From NCBI GenBank assembly GCA_041674765.1, contig JBAYVE010000005.1, positions 1,645 through 65,644 on the forward strand: a DNA stretch of 64,000 bases, written 5' to 3'. Positions 47,881-57,318 of the stretch are shown in pieces (position 1 is the stretch's first letter; each line of letters starts with the position of its first letter). The position numbers and the translations under genes were made by a program. The notes beneath the pieces were generated by a model. It searched no databases, had not been told where the DNA came from, and saw nothing but the letters and a program-made list of their open reading frames with translations. Origin of the DNA: Patescibacteria group bacterium (lineage in GTDB: Bacteria; Patescibacteriota; UBA1384; XYA2-FULL-43-10; 1-14-0-10-43-13).

Positions 47881-47915
47881 AAATCCCCAACCGGAACGGA
47901 AGGGGATTTTTTGTT
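47881..47915 (+). terminator. Intrinsic terminator closing the GC-rich island
   Basis: AAAAAATCCCCAACCGGAACGGAAGGGGATTTTTTGTT: hairpin + T-run. Confidence 0.7.
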
Positions 47916-48130
47916 GCACGAGGATAGAACTTACTTATGTAATCTTTCACGCTAAAGCGCGGGCTACAAATTTTCTTCTGAGTGAAGGATTTGTCCTGCT
48001 TACAAGCTAAAGCTTGGGCTACAACCGTTTTTTAGGCCTTGAATCTGATTTTTTGTTGTCCACTTTTTTAAATTTTGGAACCGGTTTATAATTAACCCGA
48101 TGATAGATTGCCACGGCTCTTGGCCTCGCA

Positions 48131-48589
48131 ATGACTAATAAAAACAATGAATTCCAAAATGTTATGGCTTTGACAAAGGATGATTTACAAGCGATTGGCA
48201 ACATAATCGACAATAAGATCGATGATTTTGCTGTGACTGTGGCGGCTGGTTTTGGCGATATGAAAGAATATATGGACAAACGGTTCGATCAAGTCGACAA
48301 GCGTTTTGAACAAGTAGACCAACGATTTAAGCAAGTCGATAAACGCTTTGAACAAGTTGACCAGCGCTTTGATCAAGTCGACAAACGCTTCGACTCTATG
48401 GATTTTAAGATTGGTTTGATGCAAACAGATATCAAGGAGATCAGGGCGGAAATTGTCAAATTAAATTTGAGATTAGATATAATAGAGAAGAGAACCTTTG
48501 AAGATACTGATCTGACTCTTAGGGAAATCGAGAAGGTTAAAAAAAGAGTTTTATTGCTAGAAAAGATAGTGAAAATAAAGACCGCCTGA
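48131..48589 (+). CDS. Heptad-repeat protein (tandem DKRFEQV/DQRFKQV x5 = 21-nt DNA repeats) with C-terminal coiled-coil
   Basis: KRFDQVDKRFEQVDQRFKQVDKRFEQVDQRFDQVDKRFDSMD, read directly. The underlying DNA has period 21. Confidence 0.55.
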   Translation: MTNKNNEFQNVMALTKDDLQAIGNIIDNKIDDFAVTVAAGFGDMKEYMDKRFDQVDKRFEQVDQRFKQVDKRFEQVDQRFDQVDKRFDSMDFKIGLMQTDIKEIRAEIVKLNLRLDIIEKRTFEDTDLTLREIEKVKKRVLLLEKIVKIKTA

Positions 48590-48886
48590 ATTTTTATTCC
48601 CGACAAGGAGTATTTCAGTGCGGTTTTTTGTTATAGAAAATAAGGGGGGATTATGATAGGATTGACGGAAGTATTAAGGGCTTAGTATTAAGTATTAAGT
48701 ATAGAGTATAGAGTATTAAGTTAGCAGGTGGATCATACCCCACCTAGCCTCCCCTTTCTAAGGGGAGGAATAACTGGACGACATCAAATATTAGGTATTA
48801 GGTTGGGCAGAGCAATGTTTCGGGCAGGAGATTTCTCCGCCTACGCCTTCGGCGGAGAGTCAAAATGACAACAGGATAATAACCAA

Positions 48887-49735
48887 GTGCCAAGAAACAA
48901 TAATCAAAAAAATAACAATACAACAATGAAACAATCGAACAATAAAAATTTGAACAGGGAGATCCTTCGGCAAGCTCAGGATGACAACGAAAGGGTCGGG
49001 ATCCTATATATCGTTGCTACTCCCATTGGAAATTTGCAGGACGTAACGCTTAGGGCATTGGAGACGCTCAAGTCTGTGGATTTGATAGCCGCCGAAGATA
49101 CCAGAAATACCGGTCAGCTTTTGAAACATTTTGGTATTGAAAAGCCGATGATTTCTTATTTTCAGCACTCGAAATTGTCTAAGATCGACTATATCATTGA
49201 GCAATTATTAAGCGGTAAAAACATTGCATTGGTGACCGATGCCGGAACACCGGGGATCTCTGATCCAGGACAGGAGCTGGTAGCGCGTATTAGGTATTAC
49301 GTATTAGGTATTGGGAATGAAAATTTGGGTCATGATGAAGAAATACAGAATACAAAATACATAATACATAATACGAACATAAAGATTGTGCCCATTCCTG
49401 GTCCTTCGGCGCTGACGGCGGCGGCCTCGGTTTCGGGAATGATCGAGAAGGAATTTTACTTCGCAGGGTTTTTGCCGAAGAAGAAAGGCCGCCAAACGCA
49501 ATTTAAGCGTTTGTCGACATTGGACGTGCCAATAGTCATCTATGAGTCGGCAATGCGACTAGAGCGCACCTTGGGGGATATTAGGACTTATTTTGGAGAT
49601 AATACCGAGGTGTTTATCGCTCGGGAAATTACAAAGATGTTTGAGGAATATTGGGGCGGCAGTATTATAGAAGTAATTGATAGCTTGGGAAAACATCAAT
49701 TGAAAGGTGAAATAGTTTTGATAGTTAGAAGATAG
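48887..49735 (+). CDS. rsmI: 16S rRNA (cytidine1402-2'-O)-methyltransferase
   Basis: GILYIVATPIGNLQDVTLRALETLKSVDLIAAEDTRNTGQLLKHFGI is an RsmI signature. N-terminal low-complexity extension. In-frame insertions at 48962-49005 (GATCCTTCG..CTCAGGATGACA element giving REILRQAQDDNERVG) and 49290-49385 (GTATTA/ATAATAC microsatellites). Confidence 0.8.
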   Translation: MPRNNNQKNNNTTMKQSNNKNLNREILRQAQDDNERVGILYIVATPIGNLQDVTLRALETLKSVDLIAAEDTRNTGQLLKHFGIEKPMISYFQHSKLSKIDYIIEQLLSGKNIALVTDAGTPGISDPGQELVARIRYYVLGIGNENLGHDEEIQNTKYIIHNTNIKIVPIPGPSALTAAASVSGMIEKEFYFAGFLPKKKGRQTQFKRLSTLDVPIVIYESAMRLERTLGDIRTYFGDNTEVFIAREITKMFEEYWGGSIIEVIDSLGKHQLKGEIVLIVRR

Positions 49736-49834
49736 TAGATAGTAGCTGGTAGTTAGTAGCTAGAAGTTAGAAGTTAGTAGATAGGGATTAGTAGCGGTAG
49801 CGGGGAATTACAAATAATTGGAAGGAGGGAAAAT

Positions 49835-50197
49835 ATGAAAATTTTGAACTTTACTGATCTATTGGTTTGGAAAGAGGGACATTCCCTAGTCCTGGCAATC
49901 TACGAAGCTACTAAGAGTTTTCCTCGTGAAGAAATGTTTGGGCTAACAAGTCAAATCCGTCGAGCTGTCATTTCTATCACCTCTAATATTGCTGAGGGTT
50001 TTGGGCGAAAATCAAAGAAAGAAAAAGTTAATTTTTACAATATATCTTCAGGATCTCTCACTGAAGTTCAAAATCAATTAATGATTGCAAAAGATCTGGG
50101 ATATATCTCATGTTCTCAATTTGACCTTATGCTTAATAAGAGTGTTGGCGTTTACAAGATGTTAAATGGACTGATAAGATCCATTTCGGTCGACTAG
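49835..50197 (+). CDS. Four-helix-bundle protein (TIGR02436 / so-called 23S rRNA-intervening-sequence protein, Avd-like)
   Basis: ...LVWKEGHSLVLAIYEATKSFPREEMFGLTSQIRRAVISITSNIAEGFGR......F..IS.GSL.EV.NQL..A matches this family. Flanked by TAGTAGCTA-word repeats (49736-49815) and an inverted copy (50200-50232). Confidence 0.7.
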   Translation: MKILNFTDLLVWKEGHSLVLAIYEATKSFPREEMFGLTSQIRRAVISITSNIAEGFGRKSKKEKVNFYNISSGSLTEVQNQLMIAKDLGYISCSQFDLMLNKSVGVYKMLNGLIRSISVD

Positions 50198-50250
50198 CGG
50201 CTAGCTACAAACTACTAGCTACTAATGATGTTTTCTGCTAGGATTTTACT

Positions 50251-51804
50251 ATGAGCAAATACTATATCACTACACCGATCTACTATATTAATGACGTGCC
50301 GCATATCGGGCATGCTTATACTACAATTGCCGCTGATGTCTTGGCCCGGTATTACCGCAAGAAGGGCGACAATGTTTTTTTTCTGACTGGCACTGATGAG
50401 CATGGCGCCAAAATTGCGGAAGCGGCAGAGAAAGCCGGCAAAGAGCCGAAAGCTTTTGTCGATGCATTGGTGCCCAAATTTGAGGAAGCCTGGAAGAATT
50501 TGAACATTTCATATGATCAATTTTTTCGTACCACTAACCCAAAGCATGAGAAATTGGTGCAGGAATTTGTCCAGAAATTGAAGGACAGAGGCTTTGTCGA
50601 GAAAAGATCGTATGAAGGGCTTTACTGCGTTGGCTGCGAGAAATTCTTGAAGGAATCAGAGCTTGTAGAAGGGCTTTGTCCTGATCACAAAAAAGCACCG
50701 GTGAAGCAGAAAGAGGAGAACTTTTTTTTCAAACTATCAGAATTTGCCGAACCGTTATTAAACAAAATCAAATCAAAAGAATTTGAAATAGGCCCGGAAG
50801 CTCGACAAAATGAAGTTCTTGGCAAGATCGAGGTCGGCCTTGAAGACGTTAGTATTTCACGTGCGGCCGTCGAATGGGGAGTTCCTTTTCCAGGCGATGA
50901 GTCACAGACGATTTACGTTTGGATTGATGCGCTTCTAAATTATTACACGGCGACTGAAATATACAGTAAAAAGGAATTGGATCCCCGGGTCATGGCTGCC
51001 GCCTGCTCCGAGGATGACAATAAAGAGGCTCGTGCCTGCTCCGAGGATGACAATAATTCCAATACACCCCCTCTAGCTCCCCCTCGAAAAGGGGGAGAAG
51101 TTCCTGAATGGCCGGCGGATTTGCATCTGATGGCCAAGGATATTCTCTGGTTCCATGCTGTTATTTGGCCGGCAATGCTTTTGGCACTTGATTTGCCATT
51201 GCCGAAGAAGGTTTTTGCTCACGGCTTTTTTACCATCGGCGGTCAGAAGATGAGTAAGACGATCGGTAATGTGCTCGATCCAAACCAGATGGTAGAAAAA
51301 TTCGGCGCCGATGCCGTCCGTTATGCACTTCTTCGGGAATTTCCATTTGGCGAGGATGGAGATATTTCAGAGGAAAAGATAGCTAGCCAGTACAATTCTT
51401 TGGCCAACAATATCGGCAATTTGTTCCAGAGGGTTTTGAGCATGATAGATAGGTATAACGTATTAGGTAGTACGTATTACGCAGAGAACAGGGAAAGCCT
51501 AATACATAATACAAAATACCAAATACCGGTTGATAAGGAACTTATCAATCTTGATTTTATGGGTGCGCTAAAAAAGATTGACGATTATGCGATGGAATTA
51601 AATAAATATATCGCCGAGAAGGCTCCCTGGACGCTGGCAAAAGAAGGCAAGCAGGAAGAATTGAGTGAGGTTTTAGTTACGGCATACGAAAGATTATTCC
51701 CAATCGCCGAAGGATTAGAGTCGTTTATGCCGGATACCGCCAAGAAAATGAAGGATCAATTAAAGTCGCTAAATCCAGAGCCATTATTTCCAAAACAATA
51801 CTAA
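50251..51804 (+). CDS. metG: Methionyl-tRNA synthetase
   Basis: YYITTPIYYINDVPHIGHAYTT (HIGH); Zn knuckle CVGCEKF...CPDH; KMSKTIGN. ~130-nt in-frame composite insertion at ~50970-51100 (KKELDPRVMAAACSEDDNKEARACSEDDNNSNTPPLAPPRKGGEVPEW) and microsatellite insertion at ~51450-51510. Confidence 0.9.
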   Translation: MSKYYITTPIYYINDVPHIGHAYTTIAADVLARYYRKKGDNVFFLTGTDEHGAKIAEAAEKAGKEPKAFVDALVPKFEEAWKNLNISYDQFFRTTNPKHEKLVQEFVQKLKDRGFVEKRSYEGLYCVGCEKFLKESELVEGLCPDHKKAPVKQKEENFFFKLSEFAEPLLNKIKSKEFEIGPEARQNEVLGKIEVGLEDVSISRAAVEWGVPFPGDESQTIYVWIDALLNYYTATEIYSKKELDPRVMAAACSEDDNKEARACSEDDNNSNTPPLAPPRKGGEVPEWPADLHLMAKDILWFHAVIWPAMLLALDLPLPKKVFAHGFFTIGGQKMSKTIGNVLDPNQMVEKFGADAVRYALLREFPFGEDGDISEEKIASQYNSLANNIGNLFQRVLSMIDRYNVLGSTYYAENRESLIHNTKYQIPVDKELINLDFMGALKKIDDYAMELNKYIAEKAPWTLAKEGKQEELSEVLVTAYERLFPIAEGLESFMPDTAKKMKDQLKSLNPEPLFPKQY

Positions 51805-51822
51805 TTTTTTTAAAGGAGGGAT

Positions 51823-52152
51823 ATGGGTTATAGTAAGAACAAATTTTTTAATTTTCTTATTGTGGTAACAAAGTATGTGGCACCAGCAATATTTGTGTTG
51901 GAAATTATTAGAATGGTTAATGGATTTAATCAATTTGCAGAGTCTTTTTACAAACCCCTGGCTATCGTCACCGCAATTCCAGCATTAGCGGCATTTGGAT
52001 TATCAACAATCTTTTTGTGGAAAATAAAAAAACCAACTAATTTTAAAAATTTTTTATTAGCTGTCATATTTTTGCTTGTCTATGGTTATATACTTTTTGC
52101 TCTTTTAGATCTCAGTAATTTCATCAAGTATTATTTAGGTATCGGAAACTAA
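51823..52152 (+). CDS. Small integral membrane protein (3 TM)
   Basis: Hydrophobic ORF with RBS AAAGGAGG. Confidence 0.4.
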   Translation: MGYSKNKFFNFLIVVTKYVAPAIFVLEIIRMVNGFNQFAESFYKPLAIVTAIPALAAFGLSTIFLWKIKKPTNFKNFLLAVIFLLVYGYILFALLDLSNFIKYYLGIGN

Positions 52153-52153
52153 C

Positions 52154-52993
52154 ATGTTTGCGGCTTTTATATCAGCAATTAGTAGCGCCAGCAACGATGT
52201 AATGTTAAAGACATTGCTCGGCAAATGGAAAGTACCGCTAAAGCAGTATTTACCTGGCATTTTTATATTACTGGCAATCTGTATGCTCGCGATCTCTCCT
52301 TTCGGGTTTCAATTTGACGGGGAGAAAGCGTTTACGCTCAAATTTATCCTATTCTTTGCCGGAATGATCGGAACTGCTGTCATCTGGAATACATTGATTG
52401 CCAAAAGTCTGCAAAAGGAAGCACTTCATGAATACGAACTGATTATCCTGATGGCCCCTCTAATCACGATGCTGATGGCGGGAATTCTTTTCCCCGAGGA
52501 GCGGGAATCGAAGGCTTTTATTGCCGGTGTTGTGGCCTCCGTCGCCTTGGCAGTATCGAGAATCAGAAAACATCATCTGGTTTTTTCTACGAGTGCCAAA
52601 GGTACTTTATTAGCTGTCTTTTTTATGGGAGTCGAGTCAATCTTTGTGAAGGAACTTCTCGTCGTTTTCTCGCCAGTCTTGCTAAACTGCGCTAGAGTCA
52701 TAGTCATTGCCATAGTTTTTTTGTACATTTATAAGCCATCTTTCAAAAATATCGCGCCGAAAAATGTTGGGTTGATGGCGGTTTCAGCTGTGTTCGGGGC
52801 GATGATTATGGTTGCCAAATTTACTGCTTTTAAGCAGATCGGCGTAGTTCAAACGACTTTGATTTTATTGCTCGGACCGGTTTTAACTTATGCTGCCTCT
52901 TATTTTTATTTTAAAGAAAAAAAGAATTTTATGAGGGATGCTTTGGCGGCAGCGGTAGTGATCATCGCCATCGCTTATGTTAATATAATATAG
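52154..52993 (+). CDS. Integral membrane protein (DMT/EamA-like, ~8-10 TM)
   Basis: Two similar halves of hydrophobic helices. No firm family assignment. Confidence 0.45.
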   Translation: MFAAFISAISSASNDVMLKTLLGKWKVPLKQYLPGIFILLAICMLAISPFGFQFDGEKAFTLKFILFFAGMIGTAVIWNTLIAKSLQKEALHEYELIILMAPLITMLMAGILFPEERESKAFIAGVVASVALAVSRIRKHHLVFSTSAKGTLLAVFFMGVESIFVKELLVVFSPVLLNCARVIVIAIVFLYIYKPSFKNIAPKNVGLMAVSAVFGAMIMVAKFTAFKQIGVVQTTLILLLGPVLTYAASYFYFKEKKNFMRDALAAAVVIIAIAYVNII

Positions 52994-53077
52994 CTCAAAG
53001 CAAAAAGCTAAAAGCGCAAAGTAAATGCAATTTTCTTTCGGCTTTTGACTTTAAGCTTTAAACTTTTGGCTAATGTA

Positions 53078-53866
53078 ATGTTTATCGACACTCACGCACA
53101 TTTAGATTTTCCTGAATTCAAGACCGAAGTTCCGGCTGTGCTTGGACGTGCCAAAGAAGCAGGGGTCGAGCGGATTATCAATGTCGGAGTCGATACAGAG
53201 AGTTCAAAACATTCTGTTGATCTAGCCAGGAAATACCCGGAGGTCTATGCCACTGTCGGCATTCACCCTCACTGCGCCAAGGAACTTGATATAGAGACTA
53301 GGGGAAAACTGTTCACCTTCGCCAATCATGAGAAGGTGATTGCGGTCGGTGAGATAGGATTGGATTACTATTATCTAAAAAGATCATCAAAATATGCCCA
53401 CTACCCTACGAGAGAGGAGCAGATTTTCTGTTTCGAGCAAATGCTTGATTTTGCTCTCGAAACGAACCTGCCAGCCATAATTCACGCCAGAGAGGCTTCG
53501 GCTGATATGCTGGGGATTTTGAAATCATATCATGGTCAACTTAGGGCAGTTCTGCACTGTTTCGCCGGAAATTGGGATTACGCTGAAAAACTGCTTGATT
53601 TGGGCTTTTCTCTCTCATTCACTGGCAACATCACCTTCAAAAACAACCCTGATATTGAGGAAGTGATCCGTAAAATGCCATTAGCTTCGATCATGATTGA
53701 AACTGATTGCCCCTATCTTTCACCTGAGCCATATCGCGGTAAGCGTAACGAGCCTGCTTACGTGGTCGAGGTAGCCAGGAAGATCGCTCAGATCAAAAAA
53801 ATCAGCCTCTCGGAAGTCGAGGCTGAAACCACTAAAAAAGCGATGAAATTTTTCGGGCTCAAATAA
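53078..53866 (+). CDS. tatD: TatD-family metal-dependent DNase/hydrolase
   Basis: MFIDTHAHLDF; GEIGLDYYY; IIHAREA; LHCFAG are TatD motifs. Confidence 0.85.
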   Translation: MFIDTHAHLDFPEFKTEVPAVLGRAKEAGVERIINVGVDTESSKHSVDLARKYPEVYATVGIHPHCAKELDIETRGKLFTFANHEKVIAVGEIGLDYYYLKRSSKYAHYPTREEQIFCFEQMLDFALETNLPAIIHAREASADMLGILKSYHGQLRAVLHCFAGNWDYAEKLLDLGFSLSFTGNITFKNNPDIEEVIRKMPLASIMIETDCPYLSPEPYRGKRNEPAYVVEVARKIAQIKKISLSEVEAETTKKAMKFFGLK

Positions 53867-53984
53867 TTTTGGGATCTTAAGTTTCTAATTCAATAAAATG
53901 ATTATTCTTGGGACCCCTCGATGCTTCGAGGTCGGAGAAGTTCTCCACCCGCAAGAACACGGAGTCGAACAATAATTTTTTCTG

Positions 53985-54542
53985 TTACCGGACGATTACA
54001 GCATAATTATTGCCTGCAGCAGGAGCGTCGTTACATTGAGTTTTAGCTTCAGTGTAAGTAGCGATGTCGGAAGCAGATGGCTTTTCAAGTTGAGCGTAAA
54101 TGACACCTCCATCAACGAAATTTATGTTACCAGAGAAATGACATTGATAAACCATATACTGTGGGCGTTCGCTCAATGCAATACCGTTCTCAACTTTTAA
54201 TTTTGGATCCTTCGGCTCCGTGCTCAAATACCCCTTTTCAACCAAAAACTTGGCGATGGATTTTGGATATGAGACGGCGTCTTTTGCGTTGAAATATCCC
54301 TCGCCGGTACCAAGATACCCAGACCCTGTAAGAATCCAACTCTTTTCGTTTTGATGATACATAGTCAGGGCGATAGAGATGCTCTCCAAATCGGCCTTTC
54401 TCCTGCTATCTCTGGCGGCTGTGCTCACTCTATCATAGCCCACGATCGAAATTGAAGCCAAGATGCCGATGACGGTGATAACGATTAATATCTCAATCAG
54501 TGTAAAACCCTTCGATACCCTCAGGGCAAATCCTTTTTTCAT
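53985..54542 (-). CDS. Type IV pilin / pseudopilin (prepilin-type N-terminal cleavage/methylation domain)
   Basis: KGFTLIEILIVITVIGILA: the canonical G/FTLIE motif with a hydrophobic helix. Confidence 0.8.
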   Translation of the reverse strand: MKKGFALRVSKGFTLIEILIVITVIGILASISIVGYDRVSTAARDSRRKADLESISIALTMYHQNEKSWILTGSGYLGTGEGYFNAKDAVSYPKSIAKFLVEKGYLSTEPKDPKLKVENGIALSERPQYMVYQCHFSGNINFVDGGVIYAQLEKPSASDIATYTEAKTQCNDAPAAGNNYAVIVR

Positions 54543-54632
54543 ATTCCTCCTAGAGCAATTATTTGCTTTTCTATTATAACACCTTCTAGTCCCAAAAAAG
54601 CAATAAGGCTCCTTTTTGTATTGACAAAACTA

Positions 54633-55358
54633 ATGCAAAAACTAGTCTATGGTCGAGCCTTCCTGGCGTTGTCGGTTATTCTTTGCTTTGTCTTCATCTG
54701 TCTTATCGGCAGTGGATGCAACAAGAATACCCGCAGCAATCAGGCGGCGACGACCGAGGCCAGGGACATTACTCTCCTGGTCTACGTCGACAGAAGCGAA
54801 TCGATCATGAGCTACCCCGGTGGCTTGGATGCGATCCGCAATGATTACAAGAGCATAGCTCAGGGATTTTTGAAGCCGATCTTGCAACGGCGTGACGGAG
54901 TCATCGTTGAAGCAAGAGCCTTCGTATGCGAAGATGTGATACTCTTCGACAAGAAGGTTGACAAGTGGGAGCAGATCCGGAAATCGATAAATGATGAGAT
55001 CGATAAGGATCCGTATCCTGCCGGAGAGGTGTCGAAGACGCTTTTCTCCAACTTGTTGGTAAGACTTCAGAAGGAATGCAAGCAGCGTTCTAGCCAGGAC
55101 GTCTATGTGTTAGTTCTTACAGACGGCCATCCGGATGAGCCCTTCAAGGCTATCAGTGATGCAGCCAAGGAACTCGCTAAAGACGACACTGGTAATCTGA
55201 AAGCGCTGGTTGTAGCGCCAGTCGCGGCGGATATGAAACGCCGGTGGCGGGAAAACTTGATTGAGGCTCTATCACCCATTAGTTGTTCCACGGTAGCGAA
55301 CGCGGAAGATTTCCGAACTGCAGTGGACAACGCGACAAAGACCCTGGAAGGAGAGTAG
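54633..55358 (+). CDS. Lipoprotein with von Willebrand factor A (vWA) domain
   Basis: Signal + lipobox (FICLIGSGC). MIDAS motifs LLVYVDRSESI (D.S.S) and VLVLTDGHPDE (TDG). GC about 52%, above its neighbours. The ORF track starts at TTG 54621, which coincides with a TTGACA box; ATG 54633 is preferred. Confidence 0.55.
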   Translation: MQKLVYGRAFLALSVILCFVFICLIGSGCNKNTRSNQAATTEARDITLLVYVDRSESIMSYPGGLDAIRNDYKSIAQGFLKPILQRRDGVIVEARAFVCEDVILFDKKVDKWEQIRKSINDEIDKDPYPAGEVSKTLFSNLLVRLQKECKQRSSQDVYVLVLTDGHPDEPFKAISDAAKELAKDDTGNLKALVVAPVAADMKRRWRENLIEALSPISCSTVANAEDFRTAVDNATKTLEGE

Positions 55359-55359
55359 C

Positions 55360-56901
55360 ATGTTGAATATTCTGACTACACTGGTGCCGGGCGTTAAGAG
55401 AACCTGGACCATCATAAATCAGTCTGACGTTGAAAATCGGATTGCCGAGCTTAGACGTTCGATTGAAGAGGGTCATGAGGCTGAATTGAATGCATATCGT
55501 CAGCGGGAGCCCGAAAAAACCGCTGATGTCGCCTCAATCCTCGGGTGGGAAAACGAAGGCCGATTAATGGCCACCACCCATCGCGATGAATTGATCGCAT
55601 TCGAGAGTCAATGGCAGGATCTGCTAGGCAAAGTCGGACGGCTAAATGGCCTGTTCGGCGATTATGGCACTGCCTATGCAAGGCTCGTTACCGCGATTGA
55701 CGATGCACGGACAAGCGCAGACACCGAGCTCCAGCCACTCATACAGGAACAAAATGAGCTGGATACACTCAAAGCTTGCGTGATCGAGGGCTGGGAGAAA
55801 ATAAACCAGCAACTCAACGGACTTGGGGTCTGTGGCCTAAGCGATCGATTTGACGGTTGGGAGTCACTGGCTCGGAAAGCCTTCCTGCGGGAAGCCTGTC
55901 AGGCCAGGAGAATTGACCCTGACAATCGTCCGCAAGTGCCGGAACAGCCGGCAACGCCGGTACCGCCCACGCCGACAACATCAAGAACGATCGTCGAAAA
56001 ATCGTTCGGTATCCACGATCTGGCGATGCTGGTTGGCGGACTGGCCTTTGGTTCGTCGATCGGTGCTGCAATCGGCGGGATCAGTTTTGACAGTGATGGG
56101 TGGCATTTTTCCCTCATCTTCTGGATAATGCTGGCCGTTGCCACGCTGGCCGTGTATACGGTGGGAAGAATGGTTTTCCCGCGCTTGTCGATAGTTCGTC
56201 AGCTTGATAGTATCGATTGCTATCCATATCTGCCAGTAACAAATGAAACCATGCTGGCAAAGGAGACGAGGGAAAAGAATGCCAGACTCGCGCTCTATGG
56301 AATTATCGCGATCTTCGCTATTCTTTGCCTGGCTGACTTTTATGGCTGGTGGCGGGCTGTTACAGAGCAAAACGCCGCTTATAGTGGTGATAACGGAGCG
56401 GTGTTTCTGAACCCTATCTGGGCCGGGCTCGCGGTGATGTTCATCACCTCTCTAATGGCATTCGTGAAGCTGGCTGGGGTTACCGCTCTTGTCAATGCAC
56501 AACGTTATCTTCTCATGGATGAGATAACGAAGAATGCGATCGAATACAGCGACGAAGCGCGAAAGTTCAAGGCTCTCGATGAGGCATTCATACAAGCACA
56601 GGTAACAGCGAAGGAATACGATGATAAATTCGTCGAAGCTGAGGCCAATGCTGATCTTCGCTTCCGTCGGGAGATGGCTGATCTATCTCAGCAGATCGAT
56701 CGTTATCGCAAGCTAGCCGAGGGGTATGAAACCCAGGCAGACAATGGATTGCGGGAGCGGATTCAGCAGATCATCAACGCAGCGCTTTTGAGCGTTCAAC
56801 CGGAGCGGACTACACTGGCGGCGATCGAGTTTAAGATCGATGACATTTATCAAAAGACCGGCAGCCTGATGGTCGCCGAGTCTGACGCGCAGATTGTCTA
56901 A
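55360..56901 (+). CDS. Membrane protein with N-terminal cytoplasmic coiled-coil region, Pro/Thr linker, 4-5 TM segments and C-terminal coiled-coil; forms operon with vWA lipoprotein
   Basis: The start is 1 nt after the vWA stop. Hydrophobic segments at ~aa 215-245, 250-275, 315-340, 350-380. Terminator hairpin + T-run at ~56928-56962. Confidence 0.45.
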   Translation: MLNILTTLVPGVKRTWTIINQSDVENRIAELRRSIEEGHEAELNAYRQREPEKTADVASILGWENEGRLMATTHRDELIAFESQWQDLLGKVGRLNGLFGDYGTAYARLVTAIDDARTSADTELQPLIQEQNELDTLKACVIEGWEKINQQLNGLGVCGLSDRFDGWESLARKAFLREACQARRIDPDNRPQVPEQPATPVPPTPTTSRTIVEKSFGIHDLAMLVGGLAFGSSIGAAIGGISFDSDGWHFSLIFWIMLAVATLAVYTVGRMVFPRLSIVRQLDSIDCYPYLPVTNETMLAKETREKNARLALYGIIAIFAILCLADFYGWWRAVTEQNAAYSGDNGAVFLNPIWAGLAVMFITSLMAFVKLAGVTALVNAQRYLLMDEITKNAIEYSDEARKFKALDEAFIQAQVTAKEYDDKFVEAEANADLRFRREMADLSQQIDRYRKLAEGYETQADNGLRERIQQIINAALLSVQPERTTLAAIEFKIDDIYQKTGSLMVAESDAQIV

Positions 56902-57039
56902 CGCGTCTGGACCAACCGAGGCCCTACTCCAGGAGTCATTCTGGAGCGGGGCTTTTTTTATTATCTTACAGTACTTGTAATGTAAGACTTTTTTTGTTAA
57001 TATCAGTACTAACGATGGCGAATGGGTTTGCAGATTAAT

Positions 57040-57085
57040 AAACCACCCCTAGCCCCTCCTTGAAAAGGAGGGGAAGTAAAGGAAA
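57040..57085 (+). repeat. Hairpin element AAACCACCCCTAGCCCCTCCTTGAAAAGGAGGGGAAG (family CCCCTC-GAAAAG-GGGGAG) supplying SD-like sequence to downstream gene
   Basis: Same family as 51063-51100, 58340-58385, 58663-58712, 31797-31840, 48738-48775 and 120-160 (inverted). Confidence 0.75.
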
Positions 57086-57297
57086 TGATGAAAAAGATTA
57101 CTACCAACAAATTGCAAGATGGACTTTCAAAGGTTATCAAGGAAGTTGAGACAGGAGAAGTTTATGAAGTCAGCCGCTATTCCAAGGCGGTGGCTTATCT
57201 TGTTTCCAAAGAGCAATTTGAAAAACTGATTTCCGGTAGCGAGTGCAAAGAGTGTATGAATGATTTGCGGAAAATTGCAGAAAAACTCAAAAGGTAA
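57085..57297 (+). CDS. Phd/YefM-like antitoxin-fold protein
   Basis: ITTNKLQDGLSKVIKEVETGEVYEVSRYSKAVAYLVSKEQFEKL aligns with YefM/Phd (IS.SEAR.NLS......E.....I.TR.G...VL.S.EEY..L). Confidence 0.5.
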   Translation: MMKKITTNKLQDGLSKVIKEVETGEVYEVSRYSKAVAYLVSKEQFEKLISGSECKECMNDLRKIAEKLKR

Positions 57298-57318
57298 AAC
57301 GAAAAAGGAAAAACTACA

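Noticed and set aside
39520-47915. Integrase/transposase or attL/attR marking the GC-rich island as a prophage or ICE
   Set aside because: No tyrosine or serine recombinase, transposase or terminase motifs (R..H..R..Y, DDE, Walker terminase) were found in any frame, and there is no tRNA at either border. The island is described as foreign DNA of unknown type rather than as a named mobile element.
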